Origin: Octopus sinensis
Lineage: Eukaryota
Direction: 5' to 3'
Assembly: GCF_006345805.1 (NCBI RefSeq)
Contig: NC_043010.1
Span: forward strand, 38,626,001 to 38,690,000
Length of the DNA stretch: 64,000 bases
In this document: piece after piece, positions 12,831-25,704 of the stretch
Layout: each line of letters begins with the position of its first letter
Numbering within the stretch: the first letter of the stretch is position 1
The notes under the pieces: generated by a model
Seen by the model: the letters and a program-made list of their open reading frames with translations, nothing else
Databases searched by the model: none
What the model was told of the DNA's origin: nothing
Translations under genes and position numbers: made by a program

Positions 12831-14288
12831 TGATATTTGCTTTATTGATCCGGAAAACTCAGAAAGAAGAAATTTAAAATGGACCTTGACACGATTCGAT
12901 CCCAGGACGTCTAGAGAAGTAAGTAAATTCACCACCCACCCTACGCTCAGGGTCGAGCGGTATTTGTCTGTCTAGCAATTATAACAACACAGTCCGCCAG
13001 CGATGTATAATGTTGATATTATATTAAATAAATATTTGTATATTGAAATATTTACATGGAAAAAAACCATGAGAGGATTCTCCGAGTTTATTTTTTGTTT
13101 TTTGTTTTTTCTTTCTTTTCTTTTTAGTCACGATTTCGCTTGAAACACAGATTTAATTAAGTTTTTCTTCCGTAGTATTTTTGTTGGGTTTTTAGTCGGT
13201 ATTTTGAAATTTTTATTTATATATTCTTTGATTTATTTGTATTTGTGGTGTTTTGTTGAAAGAGGAGTCGGTAGAATTTTGTTGTGGTTTGTTTGTAGAT
13301 TTTTTTATAAAGAAAAACAAAACCCAAACAAACTGTTTTTACTAAAAGCTATAAACCTGTTACAAGTAAGTATTTTACATTTTTCCACCTCGTCTCCAAC
13401 ACTCATATCCCATTTCTTATGATATATTTATTAGCGTTCGTTGTCGTTTGAAAAACAGAAAAGAATGTAAACATAGGACTGTATTCAGTAGATATTTTAT
13501 CTGAACTTCCGTGTATATATATACGAAAATACGGAACAGACGAAGAACATAAACTGATATAGAAAGACAAGAGAAATTAAGAAATAAGGAAAATGGTGAA
13601 TCTTATATTGAAAAGAAAAATAACAACGAGCTAGAGCGAGAGAAAAAGGGAGAGGGAGCGCGAGAGAGAGCGAGAAAGAAAATAAGGAGAGAGAGAGAGT
13701 TGGGAATAGGAGCTGAACGTGCTAGATTCTCATGCTACTTAGATATAATAATAGCTAACGGAAGCACAATGCCATACATTTGAAGAGACGAGATAATCGA
13801 TTGCAACAACTTCTGTACGTGATTTGCACTTATTGAAAAAAAAAGAGGTTGACCTCGGCGGACTTTGAGTATGGTTCTCCGTCGGTTTCCAGGATGTACG
13901 TTACGATTAAATGTTCGAACAACAGAACTTGCAGAACTTTATAATTCTCGTTGAATTATGAAGTGTTGTTGTATATTCCGTATAACCCCGGGGCAGAACC
14001 AATACGGCACTCTGAATGATGAAACTGGAAACGTATAATTTCTCTCACAAAGGCTATAGTAAAAGCCAATTGTCTGAACGGTCGTACATTGAAATCGAAC
14101 ACGTGACGTCATAATTGTGTTGATTGCTTAACCAATAGACCAAACAAATATCGTCAGAAACTTTAATCTGATGTCCTTGTTAAGATCTCTATCTTTCAAA
14201 ATTGTATTAATATGTGATCACTTCTCCATGCATTGATTTATTTCAAGAGAAATTCATGTGAGAAAACTGACAATGGAAACTGTGTTCT

Positions 14289-14896
14289 GTGTGATTCGAA
14301 CTAGAAACTTCTTTAGAGATTTCTATCGGTTTGTTTCGAGACGCATAAATTATAATGGTTATCGACAAAAAAAATTTTTGTTTCGGCATATTTGGCATTA
14401 GAATTTTTCTTCTGCCCTTATCTTGTAAATTATGTATAAATTTTACCTTTAAAGGCATTTTTTGATATGCTGGCCATTGATAAAATTTTTTTCCCGGAAA
14501 AAAAGTTATCCTATATTAATTATAAATAGATTAGTGTTCACTTCCGGATTCTATTACTCTGTGAAAGTTTCTAGTTCGAATCACACGTGTCTCGAGGTGC
14601 GCCGAAGATTTTTCTATTTTGGATATATTTGGGGTACTTAAGTCTGCTCAGGACTTAGTGCTTGCTTTTTCCATGGGTGTGAGTAAGTATTTCATTTATA
14701 TCTCGCGTATTTGCCGCTGAAGAGGGGAGAATTTCTTATGAATTAACCCCGAAATTGGACCAATACGGTAATAACGAATTTTTTAGAGATTTCTATCGGT
14801 TTGTTTCGAGACGCAAAATTATAATGGTTATCGACAAAAAAAATTTTGTTTCGGCATTAGAATTTTTCTTCTGCCCTTATCTTGTAAATTATGTAT
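14289..14896 (+). mobile_element. Penelope-like pLTR structure: direct repeats 14312-14445 and 14781-14896, short inverted segment, internal HHR
   Basis: tttagagatttctatcggtttgtttcgagacgca...ctgcccttatcttgtaaattatgta occurs twice. gtgtgattcgaactagaaact (14289) is inverted at about 14567-14586. Confidence 0.7.
14711..14771 (+). ncRNA. Intact canonical type I hammerhead ribozyme
   Basis: TTGCCG-CTGAAGA-GGGG(19 nt)CCCC-GAA-ATTG(gac)CAAT-A-CGGTAA. All core residues and three stems present. Predicted cleavage between 14765 and 14766. Confidence 0.85.
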
Positions 14897-14999
14897 GTAT
14901 GTATGTATGTATGTATGTATGTATGTATGTATGTATGTATGTGTGTGTGTGTGTGTCGCCATATTGGACCACTGAACTCGACACTTTTTTTCTTTCTCT

Positions 15000-15140
15000 C
15001 TTTATTTTCTCATTCCATTCTCTCGAAGAACGTGGGTTCGAAACGTAAAAACTTTTCCATTCGTATCGAGCGTCAAACTGATATACTCGCCTGTTGTTTC
15101 TACACCTGTCTTCGTTTTTATTTTTCTATAAATCTGAACT
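15000..15140 (+). mobile_element. Family P1 pLTR-type repeat with HHR-like motif at 15017-15051
   Basis: gaagaacgtgggttcgaaacgtaaaa...acacctgtcttcg. Confidence 0.65.
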
Positions 15141-15332
15141 ACATATATATAATTACATAGGCACACATGCCCATATACGCATAAAAATGCATGAATACAT
15201 ACTTATGTATATGTACGTACGTACATAGTATGTCTGTCTGCCTATATCCATGTATATGTGTAGATATCTATCTCTATCAATCTATATATTTTTAATACAC
15301 GTATATAAATATCTACATTTATTTACATCTAA

Positions 15333-15366
<34 letters not shown>

Positions 15367-15579
15367 GAATCCATATATTTAAGTAAATAATATCACAAAT
15401 AAAAATTCCACTCCACCTCCTGGAAAAAAATGAAGCAAAATCGAAAAGAAAGAGTTATTTATACATTATCTATACATTATAATACAGATATTTTATTCAA
15501 TACAACTTTGATATTTTCCCGATATAAGATGAAACTATATCTATCTAGAAACCCTGGAAGTGATAAATAAGTTTTAAAT

Positions 15580-15614
15580 AATAATGATAATAATAATAAT
15601 GATAATAATAATAA

Positions 15615-15678
<64 letters not shown>

Positions 15679-15692
15679 TAATAATAATAATC
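15580..15692. repeat. (TAA)n microsatellite
   Basis: Direct reading. Confidence 0.95.
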
Positions 15693-16346
15693 ATTATAAT
15701 ACAACCCACGAACAGTATGATACAAAAAATCAAATATAAAAATGCTAACGAAAATGGAGGAGGTTGGATCGGAATAAGAAGTTTTTAAAATAATGTTTTA
15801 ACGCTAAAGAAAATTTATATCAATCTTAAAAGGAAAAAAAAAATGAAAAAAGAAAAAATACAATGATTAAAATTTCAGCCATGTTTGACTTTCAGTTGAA
15901 GTCGTTTATAAATTTACAAAAGTTCAAAAATAAGTTTCGTTACTTTCATTCTTTGTTATTTTATTCGGTATTTACGACCAGTCTGAAAATATATTTCCAC
16001 TATTTCTTAAAGAACAAACACAAGAAATATATAAGACAAATCATAAAAAAAAAAAATCAGGTGTATACTTTTTTTTTGTTCTGAACAAGAGACAACATGT
16101 ACCTTGTACGTAACAAAAGAGACGATTCTTTAAAGAAATTAAACAACAATTTTTTTTTCTGTCGTGCTTTCTGTTAGTTTGTTTGTGTCTCTTGTGATAT
16201 CTCCTCCCCTCCACGCTGTTTTTGCTTCTTCTTTGTATTTTAAAATTGTTTCCAAAATTAAATTCTTGCCGAACAAACTTGTTTTATTCACCCAACAGAT
16301 TAAATTGAATAATGATGTTGTGCTCATACGAAAATAGAACTTTCAT

Positions 16347-16537
16347 GTATGTATGTATGTATGTATGTATGTATGTATGTATGTATGTATGTATGTATGT
16401 ATGTATGTATGTATGTATGTATGTATGTATGCATGTATGTATGTATGTATGTATGTGAATGTATACAGTATGTCAATATGTATGAATGTGTATATATATA
16501 TTTATATATATATGTTTGTGCGTATGTGTATGTGTAC

Positions 16538-16568
<31 letters not shown>

Positions 16569-16745
16569 GGTGAGTGCGTGTGTAAGTGGGTGTGTATATA
16601 TATGTATATGTATGAATACATAGATATACATAATATACACAAACATATATACAGACAAAGTATATATATATATATATGTATGTATGTATATATATATATG
16701 TATGTATGTATATATATACATATATATATTATATATATTTATATA

Positions 16746-16779
<34 letters not shown>

Positions 16780-16782
16780 ATA

Positions 16783-16830
<48 letters not shown>
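16347..16830. repeat. (TATG)n and (TA)n microsatellite complex
   Basis: Direct reading. Confidence 0.95.
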
Positions 16831-16835
<5 letters not shown>

Positions 16836-17307
16836 CAGTACATATGCTTGTGTAAAATTTTATTTGCCCGCAACATCGTATTTGTATAAATTCAGGCATT
16901 TTAGTTTTTTGTATCTTTTGGTAAAATATTACGTATTTTTTAGTTTGATGTATTCCATTGAAATTTTATTTTTGAAATTTCTTTGGTGTAATTTTGTATT
17001 CCTTATCTTAAAACTTTCTTATTGTCCCTACCCAACGAAAATATACTCTTTAAACTTTCTTTATGATATGAAATTGAAAGAAACTGGAAAAAATATAGGA
17101 CTGAAATAAAAATTTTTAAAAATCATCCAAAATAAAACAGTCTTACTAAAATTACAGATTAGCAGATAAATAATTACGCCTTCATACATACATACATCAT
17201 ACATACATACATACATACATACATACATACATACATGCATGCATGCATACATATATACATACATTACATACATATATATATATATATATATAATATATAT
17301 ATATATA

Positions 17308-17350
<43 letters not shown>

Positions 17351-17352
<2 letters not shown>

Positions 17353-17945
17353 GAGAATTCACAAAAAAACAAAACAAAAGACGAAGACAGGTGGTGTAGA
17401 CAAAAAACAGATATATTAATATAACGCTCGGGAAGTGAAAAAGTCTTTAACGTTTCGAGCCTACGCTCTTCCACACAAAGGAACACAGTATGAAATAAGG
17501 AGAGAAAATATAGAATGTGTAGTGGCTAAGAAAAAGCAGAAAGTACAAAAAAGTTTAGAAAGTATAAAAAAGTTACGTAAAGTTCTAAAGCTTTAGACGT
17601 CGTTGTGTATTGGACCGATTTTTCATCAACAGAGGAGTCCAGTGTAATCCATAGGTAGGAGAGTTACAGCTGAAGAGTAGAAAGTCCAGTAGAGAATCCA
17701 TAGAAGTTCGTGGGTGATGAGAAAAGACAGGATCAACTTGTGCGACCACGTGAGCGTGTAATATTTAGGGAGAATTTACAAAAAAAAACAAAAGACGAAG
17801 ACAGGTGGTGTTGACAACAAACAGATATATTTGTATAACGCTCGGGAAGTGAAAAAAGTCTTTAACGTTTCGAGCCTACGCTCTTCCACATAAAAGAACA
17901 CAGAAAGAACCAAGGAGAGAAAATAAAGAATGTGTAGTGGCTGAG
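17351..17945 (-). mobile_element. Tandem family P1 repeats (17351-17540 and 17768-17945) flanking unique sequence
   Basis: Two close copies of gggagaatt.acaaaaaa...gaagacaggtggtg...gtctttaacgtttcgagcctacgctcttccaca, 415 bp apart. Confidence 0.8.
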
Positions 17946-18566
17946 AGAAAGAGAGAGAGGAATGATTCAAATAAACAGATCTAAGCCTTGGGTTTTCATG
18001 TGCAAAATAGCAAAGGTTTTTGCCACTTCATTTGAATCATTGTCTTCATATTCGCTTCCTTGGATTCCCCTTACAATTACTCTTTTCCCTGCTGGTTTGG
18101 CCCTCAGTAAATATATCGAAGTTTAAGTTCAAACCATTTGAACTCTGCTAAGTGTGTTTTATATGGAGATTCTTTCGATCTAATCTGTTTAATTCTGTCT
18201 TTCCTCCCCCATATTATATATGTAAACCCACCCTATCCCATCTCTCCAATACCTGTCCAAATATCAGCGTAGTAGACGACCTGCAAACGATCCCCTTACC
18301 AGATAACCCCGAAACCTATATACACCACAACCCACCAAATCAGACACCAGCATACACCTCCCCAACCTTATTTCCGCCCAGGTAAAACCCCAAATTGGAT
18401 TAAATGAACTAGAACCCGGGACGTTATCTAGTTCTACCCCCTTCGACCTTAACGTCCTAACTCGAGTACTCAAACTCTTCTTCGCCCTACTCGAAAAACA
18501 TTTCCTTAAATCTAGCCCCGTTTAAAAAATATTTAACCCCCAATCTATAAAATTATTCTACTCTAC

Positions 18567-19300
18567 CCTACCACCAGCACCAGTACCAGCACCACCAGCA
18601 CCAGCACCAGCACCACCAGCACCAGCACCACCAGCAACACCACCATCAGCAGCAGCACCACCACCACAATCACCACCACTATCACCACCACCACCTCCAC
18701 CACCACAACCACCACCACCACCTCCACCACGACCACGACCACTACCACGACAACGACGACGTCGTCACCACCACCACCACCACCACAACCAATATTGTTG
18801 CGACGGCAACAATAAAGCAAATAACGCTATAATGTCGCCGCCATCAGCACTGTCGCCACCACCACCACCACCTCCACTATCACCGTCACCAAAAATAGCA
18901 AATAGCAACAAGATAACAACACCAATCACTAACATAGCAACAACAACGACAGCGACGGCCACCACCACCCCCGTCAACAACAACAGCAGCAACAAAGGCA
19001 ATCGCGTCAATCATTACCAGCATAGCAACAGCGCCACCAACATCCTCAACATCAGACCTCCCCCACCATCACTAACATCACTGCATTTCCCCTTCACAAC
19101 CACAAAGCAGAAACCATTACCCAAACAACAAACAAGAATAACAACAAGAAAGACAGTACCACCAATCATGATTATCACCATAGCAACAACAACAACATCG
19201 ACAGTCACCAAAAAACAACCACCACACTAATTAACCCCCAATAACAACATCACAGCTGAAAACAACAATAACGGCAGTAATTATTACAGTGATAAATGAG
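18567..19300. repeat. (CAC/CAG/CAA)n cryptic trinucleotide low-complexity tract
   Basis: Direct reading. Accounts for the poly-V/T/P ORFs. Confidence 0.9.
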
Positions 19301-19534
19301 TATGTGATTAGTCGAACATGTTAAAGCTGACGTCTTATGAGACGAGATGAAAGTTTAAGAAAACCAAACAAAAACGATGACTCAATGACAGAAATAAGCT
19401 AATAGGTATTAATGCAGTAGTTGTGCCAGTTAATAAAATAGAGATTTAATCTAATCAATTGGAAGTGGAACGAAGTGAAGAGCTTGGGAGACCGGAAAAC
19501 TACTCAATCCATTCTGGACGCTTCTTTCAAATAA

Positions 19535-19717
19535 TAATCCTTTCTACGAAAGGTACGAGGCCTGAAATTTCAGTGGTTGAGGTTGTAAGTCGATTACATC
19601 GACCTTAGGTGTTTCACTGGTGCTTAATTGGTCGACCCCGTAAGGATGAAAAGCTAAGTCGGCAACGGCGGAATTTGAACTCAAATCGTAAAGACGTACG
19701 AAATACCGCTAAGCATT
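19535..19717 (-). mobile_element. SINE family 2, diverged
   Basis: gtcgaccccgtaaggatgaaa...ggcggaatttgaactc...gaaataccgctaagc. Confidence 0.8.
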
Positions 19718-20000
19718 AATGATAATAATAACAACAACAACAACAATAACAACAACAATAAAAAAAAAATAATAATAATAATAATAATAATAATGATAAT
19801 CTTAATTGATTGGAAGTGTTATGTACGTTGTTTTGTCTTGGTATAAAAGATGGGTTACAGCAAATACTCTGCTCAATACCACAGATTTTCTTGTCACTTA
19901 GGATTCCACTATTATTTGCCTCGAGGCCCTTTAATGCAGGACATCAAAACATTATACAAAGGGATCAGAAAATGTATGAAGATAAATAAGCAAAGTTTTT

Positions 20001-20095
<95 letters not shown>

Positions 20096-20967
20096 GTCTG
20101 TCTGTCTCTCTGTCTGTCTATCTATTTGTATTGTTGTGGACAGCAAGGAATCATGGGAATCATGTGGTTAGTAATGTAACGTTTTCAGTGGTTAACTTCA
20201 GGTTTCTTTTAAATTACGTAGCACGGATGCAGTATCAGAAGGAAGACGAGGCCCAGAAGGTTTTGAAACTTCATCGAACTTAGAAACATTTAATGCTGTT
20301 TTGCAAACTAAGCATAAAATATCGATGATGAACAATCAGTAATAAAAGAAGGGGGGGAAAAACCCCTCAAAATTAGTCGCGACTTCAAAGCTTACACACA
20401 CAAACACATACATGCACGCATGCACATACGCAAAGATATCCGTCGAATGGAAGACATATGCACTTGTAAGCATGACATTATGCTAGCGATGTTAAGAACC
20501 ATACACCCTAACAACCAGGCTCTGATATAAACGAAATCTATGATAAATAAATACAGTAAAGATGAAAAGTATTCATTATAACGATTTGAGATAATAACCG
20601 AATACCATTAATACATTGTACGTATTTACGCGAATGGTGAAAGAAAACTGGTCTTTTAAAGATGTGTTAGTATTCATTTCGATAGCGAGTTTCATATAGA
20701 AAGTCTGTATGAAATATTTAACATTGGCAGTGATTGATGCAAAAATGGTTGCCCTTATTGATTCTAACTGACTGTATGAACATACCCAGCTCTTTCTCAC
20801 GTTTGGAGTATAGTCGAGAGGTCATCCATGAACATTAAATGGTTGAGTCGTTTATTAGGTTTGTGTAGATGCTGCATTAGTTTTTACACTTTCATAACAT
20901 ACGCACTCACACGTATTTACATACATCTACATAAATACATACACGTATATACACACATACACTCATA

Positions 20968-21057
<90 letters not shown>

Positions 21058-22067
21058 CCTATCTATCTATCTATATTTATATATATATAATATATATATT
21101 ATATATTATATATATATATATATATTATATATATATATATGAATATTAAGATATTAAAGCGAAAATAATAATATGAACTGTGAATAATGAATATACTTTG
21201 GAAAAATATCAAATGTTCTACACAATTTTAACTATGAAACCCTTGGCAATGGTTGAATGAAATCATCAGATTTGCGAAGGAAAGAATATTTGTTGTTATT
21301 ATTGTTGTTGTTGTTCTTGTTGTTGCCATTGCTGTTATTACTTTTGCTGTTGCTGCTGGTGGTGGTGCTGGTGTTGCTCTTGCTGTGGTTATTCAACATC
21401 AGGTCAAATTTTATAGAACAAAACTATGATCAAACGAATTACATTTGCGATCATCTGGTACCTCACTGAGACAAAGTGTGTGTTTACTACTACGTTATTA
21501 AACCTGTTATTCTTTTGTAAAGAAATCACGGTGTGATTTGAAGTAGTGTTGGCTGCTATAACAAACGAACTGAATGAACATTTAGGAGCTCCTTGCTTGG
21601 GTCCTGAAATTCAATTTAAAAATCAAAGGTATAATTCTAAAGAAAAAAAATAATGAGTATGACGCAATCATACATGTACATACATCTACTTATGTATTGT
21701 ATGTAATCTTTATATACAATCATTGAAGACCTGTGTACAATCATTGAAGAACTGTAAGTGGCAATTTATAGTAATCTGGGGTTAAAGATCGATCCGTTTT
21801 GATAGGTTTCCGATGGATTATAGTTTAAGTAGCTCCATACGCTGCTAAAACTTGTTCCTTTAACGTAATCTTCAAGCAGATTTTGTGTGGATGAAAAACT
21901 GACCATTTTTATTACCGGTACAAACCATCTCCTATAATGTATGCGGCTGAAAATTCCCACAGATACTTGTACACTTACTGTAAACCTAAAGCAGACCAAA
22001 CATTGTATTACAAGACTAATACCACGCAACAACAGCAACAATATTGGTTTCAAATTTTGCTACAAGG

Positions 22068-22492
22068 GCAGCAGTTTTGGGGGAGGGGGTGAGTCGTTTA
22101 CACCGACCCCTGTGTTCAACTGGTACTTATCTTATGGATGAAAGGATGAAAGGTAAAGTTGACCTCGGGGGCATTTCGTCCAGCGTGCTAACGATTCTTT
22201 TCTACTCTAGGCAAAAAGTCCGGAATTTTTGGGGAGGGGATCAGTCGATTAGATCGACACCAGTACGCAACGGGTACTAAATTTATCGATCCCGGAAGGA
22301 TGAAAGGCAAAGTCGACCTCGGCGGAATTTGAACTCAGAACGTAAAGACAGACGAAATACCTATTTCTTTACTAACCGCAAGGGGCTAAACACAAAGAGG
22401 ACAAATAAGGACACTTATAAACGTAGCGGTAGATGAAATAACACTAAGCATTTCGCCCGGCGTGCTAACGATTCTGACAGCTCGCCGCCTTA
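22068..22492 (-). mobile_element. Nested cluster of family 2 SINEs
   Basis: Several overlapping bodies and tails, with junction gacgaaatac|ctatttcttt at 22360/22361. Confidence 0.85.
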
Positions 22493-22586
22493 CCAACAAC
22501 AGCAACAATAATAACAGTAACATCATCAACAACAAATATTCTTTCCTTCGCAAATCTGATGATTTCATACAACCACTGCCAAGGGT

Positions 22587-22905
22587 AAGGCGGCGAGCTG
22601 GCAGAAACGTTAGCAAGCCGAGCGAAATGCTTCCGCTATTTCGTCTGTCTTTACGTTCTGAGTTCCAATTCCGACGAGGTCGACTTTACCTTTCATCCTT
22701 TCGGTGTCGATAGATTAAGTACTAGTTGCGTATTGATATCGATGTAATCAACTAGCCCCCTCACCAAAAATTTCGGGCTTTCTGGGTAGAGTAGAAAAAA
22801 TTCCTAACGCGGCGAGCTGGCAGAAACTTTAGCCCGCCGGGCGAAATGCTTAGCGGTATCCGGTGTATCCGGAGTATCCGGTGGTGGGGACGTATTTCGT
22901 CGGGT
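22587..22905 (+). mobile_element. Family 2 SINE followed by a second head carrying a small insertion
   Basis: aaggcggcgagctggcagaaacgttagc...; second head at 22808 interrupted by (gtatccggW)x3. Confidence 0.85.
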
Positions 22906-23102
22906 GATAAAAAAAAAAAACTCGTTCCATAATGCAAATTTCTCGCTGGATTAAGTATTCGTTTCTCTTTTTGTCTTCTGCAATTTTAGTTTTGGATCTT
23001 CTATGTATATGAAGAATTTTCCTTCGTCTGGCTGCTTTTCTCTCTATAAAACGGAAAGTTGCATTATGGAACAACCATTTTAACGAGATTTTTTATTTAT
23101 TT

Positions 23103-23207
23103 ATCACCTGACGAGATACGTCTGCACCACCGGATACTCCTGAACCAGTTTTTTGTTTGTCACACGAAAGGAGTCGATGCTAGATGTGTTGAAACAATTG
23201 TTGTGAT
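23103..23207 (+). ncRNA. Intact minimal type I hammerhead ribozyme with a large stem II domain
   Basis: ATCAC-CTGACGA-GATACGTCTG...TAGATGTGTT-GAAAC-AATT-GTT-GTGAT. Palindromic stem III ACAATTGT and GUU triplet. Predicted cleavage between 23202 and 23203. Confidence 0.82.
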
Positions 23208-23248
23208 TAACAATATATTCTCGTATATTCCATCTGTCTTTCATTTGT

Positions 23249-23300
<52 letters not shown>

Positions 23301-23626
23301 TATATACATATCTATACATATATATGCATATATATATACTGTGCCATATATTTTCATAGATGCTTCTACACATCATAAATGAGATTGCACCTGTTATTGC
23401 GAAATGAATTGAGCCTGGCCGAAGCTAATTGAAAGACCCAATAAATATTCAGCGTTATCAAAAGTGCTTCATAACATTTTAAAACCTATTATTTTAAAGA
23501 CTTTCTAAAAAATGTATATATTAATTGCGATTACAATATTTTTCTTAATATTAGTCACTGAGATTGTCCCGATCTAATTTGTAAAAGAAAAAACCGTTCT
23601 ACTACACTATAATTTTGATTTATACA

Positions 23627-23674
<48 letters not shown>

Positions 23675-23943
23675 AATATATATATATTATATACATATAT
23701 TATTATATTATATATATTATATGTATATATATATATGTATGTACATATATATATATGTATATATATGTGTGTGTGTATGTTTGTGTTGAGTGTACGTGGA
23801 TATAAATACATCATGTATGTATATACATACATGTGGTTATATATGCCTATACACACACACACACATATATGCACACACATGTTTTATGATGTTGTTCCTG
23901 TACACGATACTAATGAGATGAGATGAGATGAACTCATATCAAC

Positions 23944-24003
<60 letters not shown>

Positions 24004-24882
24004 TTAATAATAATAATGATTGAAACATCGAAAACCATAATAACAACGGTGACAATAATACCAACAATAATGATAAGAAAAATGAAGAGGAATAAACAAA
24101 ATATTAACAAACCAACAGACCAACAAAACAACCAACCAACCAACCAACCAACCAACCAACCAACCAATCAAACAAACACACACAAAAGAAAAAAGCTGGA
24201 GGAAGGAAACACCTTGCTAACTACATCATCTAAATTACAAAGTGCATCATTACCAAAAGCCGAATTGGGATATCAACTGAAGGATCGGTTGATGATGAGA
24301 GGAAGGGAAGGAGGGTAGTGAGGAGAGATATTTGGACAACTTAGATTCTTGGTTTGCTAATTGGCATCAGATAAATTATACAAGTGCTATTCGGTACTAC
24401 TACTAGAGAATGTTCTATGATTGTACGGGAGTTTTGTTTACGTGTGTAAATTTAATGAAACGGTTGCAGATAAGACGCTGTATAACACGTGATTAATCTA
24501 CATTTTGGTTTCTCTCTCTCCAGTCATGCGTACTGACGATGTCGTATAGTCTCATACTTACGCAAACATAGACCCATGCACAAATGCAAACACACACACA
24601 CACATTCACATATATCTACAAGGTACAGAGAAATATCACATTGTCTTTAAGTTATTACTAGTTGGTAGTTAGTCTATAAAGTACACAGTTGTACAGCCGG
24701 ATCCTGTATATACGTGGATATATATGTATATATATATACATATATACCGATACACATACGCACACACATTCACTCACACATAAATGTGTTTATATACCTG
24801 TATATACATACATTCATACATGCATACATACATATACACAAACACACACACACACATACACTCACACACACTCACACATATA

Positions 24883-25704
24883 TATAAGGTTGTCTCACAT
24901 GAAATGAATTTTAAATGGCTTTCTTATGAGTCATCTATAAATGGATTATTAATGAGTTTCTACGTATATGCTTGTGTTTATTCTTAACTCTTTTTCTTTC
25001 GAGACAATACTATTATTCAAAATTGCTATTCACAGCTCTTATGACAATGTTGACAACTGAACAATACCGAGTGATTTTCTTGTACGAATACAAGTTGGGT
25101 CACGCTGCTACCGAAGCTCTACGAAACATCAAGTGGGCTTTTAGTAACGATTCTGTTGACGTTAGAACTGTTCAGAGATGGTCCTAAAGATTTTGTTCAG
25201 GAAATGAAAGCCTTAAAAATGAACCAAGAGCGACACCATCATCGGTTATGCGGCATGATGAATTGAATGCTTTGAGTAAACGAAATCCGAGAACGACGGT
25301 TCAAAAAATCGGATCAGAGCTCCAGACATTTCCGCAACTGCTTATCGACACTTGAAGAAAATTGGAAGAGTCAAAAAGATGGATATGCTGGTTCTCCATC
25401 AACTTAATGAGATTCAAAGAAACAGACACCTTACAGTGTGTTCCATATTGATTTCTCGGTTGGAAAGAGAATCATTTTTGTATCGACTCATTATGAGTGA
25501 TGAGAAATAAATACACTTTGATAAAAGCCGGAGGACAGGACAGTGGTTAGATGCAGGAGAGTCACCAAAACACTACCCAAAACAACCATCGCACCCAAGA
25601 TGCGGTTGGCATAAACCCAAGATACGGTGCATCTGATGAAATGATACTAGATGCGAAACTCAAAGGATCTGAGTGAGCCATTTATTTTATAAAACCTGAT
25701 ATAT
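24883..25704 (+). mobile_element. Mariner element, internally deleted, with N-terminal transposase remnant at 25041-25612
   Basis: MLTTEQYRVIFLYEYKLGHAATEALRNIKWAFSNDSVDVRTVQRW...LVLHQLNE...FLYRLIMSDEK*IHFD...QWLDAGESPKHYPK matches the mariner HTH, WVPHEL and DEKW motifs. Degenerate TIRs tataaggttgtc and aaaacctgatata. Confidence 0.88.

Noticed and set aside
18152-18550. C-rich plus-strand ORF-like segment, with a similar composition at 44700-45110 on the minus strand
   Set aside because: Probably retroelement-derived, but no diagnostic motif was found.
21916-21946. Possible minus-strand micro-exon (ttttcag|31 nt, AAYIIGDGLY|gtaata) inside ORF 21766-22053
   Set aside because: No recognisable homology or partner exons. 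Such splice-like signals occur by chance and would need RNA-seq support.
25633-25680. CTGATGA...GAAAC-TCA/TGA-GT hammerhead-like string
   Set aside because: Stem II and stem I do not pair, position 17 is G, and it lies inside a mariner remnant. Probably chance.
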